Origin: the human T2T-CHM13v2.0 reference genome, Homo sapiens
Assembly: GCF_009914755.1 (NCBI RefSeq)
Contig: NC_060941.1
Length of the DNA: 64,000 bases
Strand: one strand, 5' to 3'
Shown here: piece by piece, positions 59,853 to 64,000 of the stretch
Position numbering within the stretch: the stretch's first letter is position 1
Layout of the letters: each line of letters opens with the position of its first letter
Made by a program: the position numbers and the translations under genes
Notes under the pieces: generated by a model
The model's database searches: none
Told to the model about the DNA's origin: nothing
Seen by the model: the letters and a program-made list of their open reading frames with translations, nothing else

Positions 59853-60188
59853 TAGCCCCTTCTACACTATCACCCCATCTTCCCGAGGTACCAGGTGCCT
59901 CTAATTTCTGAGACGTTTTGATTCAGAAGTTCATCTGTGGTGGGAATCTGCTTGCTTCTTCCCACTGCAGTGTTTTGTTTTTTTTTTTTACTTTTGTGAA
60001 GTTATTTATCACTAGTGCATTTGCTTTTTACCTTCCAAAACTTTGTTGACATCTCTCTCTCTGCTGTCTCCTTTCCCAGTTTTTTTGCTTGTTGTTTGGT
60101 TTATGTCTTTATAAAAAAAAATCCTGGCCAGGCACGGTATCTCACGCCTGTAATCCCGGCATTTTGGGAGGCTGAGGCAGGCAGATCA

Positions 60189-60454
<266 letters not shown>

Positions 60455-61969
60455 TTATGATGGAACATTGATTAATGCATGCAATATATTATGTTTAACA
60501 TGTTATTCAACATATTCATCAGCTTTTCCTTGCCAATATCCATTCAGACACCACAGTGTCTTTACAGTTGATTACTAATACTCCTTTAGCATAGTGTTTT
60601 CTAGACTTCCCTAACACCAAGAATCACTTAAAGTGCTTGTTGGATATACAGATTACCAGATCATTCTCCTGGAAAACTTCTGATTTTAGTTGGTTTAGAT
60701 TAGCGCCCAGGGATCTTTTTTTAAAGTGTGTTTGTTTTTAAACAAATGCCCTAAATATGTCTTATCTTCAGGCAAGTTTGGAAACCCTGCTTTAGAAGGA
60801 TTCTTTTTAAACCATTAATGCCATCTTACATCTCCATGGCAAACTCCTTAGCCTTCCCCTAATACTGCTTTTGTATTCAGACTCTGTTTTAGCCTGTCTA
60901 GCTTTGGTCTGGATTTCTGAATTAGCATGTGTGTCTTTCCTCTGATTAACTCCCCTCTTTAGTATTAAATGTTGGCTGATGGTAATAACTTTGGGCTTGT
61001 GTGACTTCATTTTTTTTAGTCAGCGTCTCTAAACCCGCTCCTGGGATGTACAGGGGAGGAAATACTAGTTATGAACATTGAGCTGCTCTGCACCAATTTA
61101 CTAAGTCCAGGAATCAGTGTTTTTGGTGAAATGGAAAATTGACTCAGGCTTTGAAAACAGATGTCCTAATCTGCCTTGGGTTTATGCAGCGTCATTTTTG
61201 GAGATGTTGAAGCACTGTGATTTGAAGTTTGTTTTTAACTTTACAATCAAAAGGACACAATTCTCCCTTTTGTATTATAGATTCCTACGCCTAGAAAAGA
61301 AAAAGGGTTGTATCTTTTGCTGCCAGTCTGTAAAGTATCTGGAAATGTGTTTGCAGCTGCTCCTTGGTTGTGAATTGCTTAGAGGTTAAGAGCCAAATAG
61401 TACTTGTCTTAGCAGTGTTGCAGAGGCTAACTGTGGTACCCTAGTTCTCAGTTCTTGGAAATCTTGTGGCTGTTATTAACTAAAATACAGCTGAGGAGGC
61501 CATGTTGGCTCTGACATAGAGTTGATTTGCATTCTAAGATGAGCAGCTCTATAGAAATAGCTGTAATACAATTTTACAACTTCCATTGAAACAGTTTTTT
61601 GGAAGGCTATGGCAGGAGGATTGTTTGAGGTCAGGAGTTTGAGACTGGCCTGAGCAACATAGTGAGATCCTGTCTTTGCAATCAAAATAAAACGATTAGC
61701 TGGATGTGGTAGTCCCAGCTACTCGGGAGGCTGAGGTGAGAAGATTGCTTGAGCCTGGGAGGTTAAGGCTGCAGTGAGCTGTGATTGTGCCACTTGCACT
61801 GCAATCTGGGTTGTAGGGTGAGACCCTTTCTCAAGGAAGAAAGAAAGAAAAACCAAGAAATTTTTTGTTGTTGTTGTTGTTGTTGGTTTGTTTTTTGAGA
61901 CAGTCTCACTCTGTTACCCAGTGGCACAATCTCAGCTCGCTGCAACCTCCGCCTGCCGAGTTCAAGTGA

Positions 61970-62230
<261 letters not shown>

Positions 62231-62687
62231 TGATTATTGGTCACTGGCTGTGTTATAAGGCATGACTTTGAACTATTACTGATTTACTGCAGTTGACTAT
62301 TTTCTGTACACGTCCGCCTATCTCCCAGTGCTGTACTTCAGTGCTTTCAGGATAATGAGATTTTTTCTTTGCCTTGAGGGGTTGGGCGTGAGGTCATTCC
62401 CTGACTTCTGTTTTGGATGATTTTCAGATATTTAATTTACATTGCTTTTGCATTAGTTATTCCTAGTCTGTCTTTTTAAATGAAGCTTTCTTTGCAGCTC
62501 TGGTTATTTAATTGAACACAGGAGTAGACTTCTCATTGATTTGTCATCATTTTAGATGAGAGGACTCAGCTCCTGGGCTGCCTTGTATCTGGGAATAACC
62601 CATAGTATCTAATATTTACCACATAAGGTAGTATATGAAGGTAGTCTTCCGAATTTACATTTTTAGGGCTTTAAAAAAATAATCTGG

Positions 62688-62782
62688 GGCTGGTCTGATG
62701 GTAGTGGGTTATCAGAGCTTATTAACATTAGTGTCACTGCAGTTGGTATACAAACCCCCCACTGCTAAATTTGACTGGCTTT
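62688..62782 (+). pseudogene. Y4 RNA (RNY4) retropseudogene, full length (possibly the locus named RNY4P8)
   Basis: GGCTGGTCTGATGGTAGTGGGTTATCAG...CCCCCCACTGCTAAATTTGACTGGCTTT differs from recalled hY4 by about 4 substitutions and 1 insertion. It is flanked by A-rich AATCTGG duplications, and no upstream PSE/TATA is seen. Confidence 0.93.
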
Positions 62783-62861
62783 AAAAAAAATCTGGGGGAA
62801 GAGGAAAGAGTCACATTAGTGGGGAAAGCTGCGTTTTGGGGATGCATTATGTTTTTGTTAA

Positions 62862-63319
<458 letters not shown>

Positions 63320-64000
63320 TGATTTTTTTTATTACTTGTTGGATCAGTCAGATTTGCTGCATAGTTGAATTTCTGTGATGAAAATTTCTGTAGTTGAAAA
63401 ATTTTTTTCCCTTAAGTAACCTTGGAATTTTAATTAATTCCATCTCTACATGTGATAGAAATCTGTTTCACCAGAGGTTTGACTGAATTGAATTTCAAGA
63501 AGTGGTGGCACTTTCTCCATTGAGAGGAGAGGGCTGTGAGCTATAGAAAAAGCCTTTTTTTGGAGTGGTAGTGGTAAAATGTGTGTAACATGAATGTTAT
63601 TCTAGTCTGTTTCCTTGTACTTTAGAGAAACCAGAAACACTTTAGTGGAAACCCTCTGTTATAGTCTGTCCTAGAACACATGGAGGCAAGTTTTTCATTC
63701 CTCTTGACATTATTCCCTGTGTGATTATAGGAACCTGTTTGGTTCCTGCCGTTGTTGGCTCCTGGAGTGGCATGTGACTACTCTTAGGCAGCTCCTGGCT
63801 CTTTTCTCATTTTGGGGTTCTTTGGCCTAGGGACTGGATGCCATTATGCCATTGTAGTAATGAGCTCCTACCTCCCATGCTGGATTGCTTTTCAGGAGCA
63901 AAGCTGAAGGACAGCTGAACAGGTGGGCAGATTACCAACAGGTGACTTTTAACCCTGGAAGGCCTTCAGTTAGTACTTAGTCTCTGGATGAGATTAAGCC

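Overview
Primate, almost certainly human, genomic DNA: very Alu-dense, with human-specific AluYa5 and AluYb8 copies. I recognise it as the RAPGEFL1-WIPF2 region of 17q21. Positions 1495-13664 hold 14 coding exons of the Rap/Ras GEF RAPGEFL1 (+ strand; first exon lies upstream of the window). I reconstructed them by hand with all phases consistent. An internal strong-Kozak ATG at 4112 opens a 456-aa ORF. The mirtron MIR6867 ends the last intron, and a ~1.85-kb 3'UTR follows. Positions ~15.6-38 kb are intergenic nested repeats (Alu stacks, LTR12, an ERV1-type LTR, MST, MLT, old L1M/L2/MIR). Positions ~38.6-39.8 kb are a CpG-island promoter and non-coding first exon with (GGC)14, assigned to WIPF2. 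The rest is its first intron, which carries a 28S rRNA fragment retrocopy, a Y4 RNA pseudogene and a near-consensus AluYa5. Most of the supplied ORF track is Alu-derived or antisense noise. I found no wholly new gene system. The best leads are three. (i) A minor-spliceosome intron with non-canonical AT-AG ends, overlapped by an in-frame major-spliceosome GT-AG alternative (twintron-like). (ii) A perfect 16-bp, extendable hairpin in the RAPGEFL1 3'UTR. (iii) A 5'UTR GGC repeat that is open in all three frames behind near-cognate start codons. Gene and repeat names come from recall, not from database searches.
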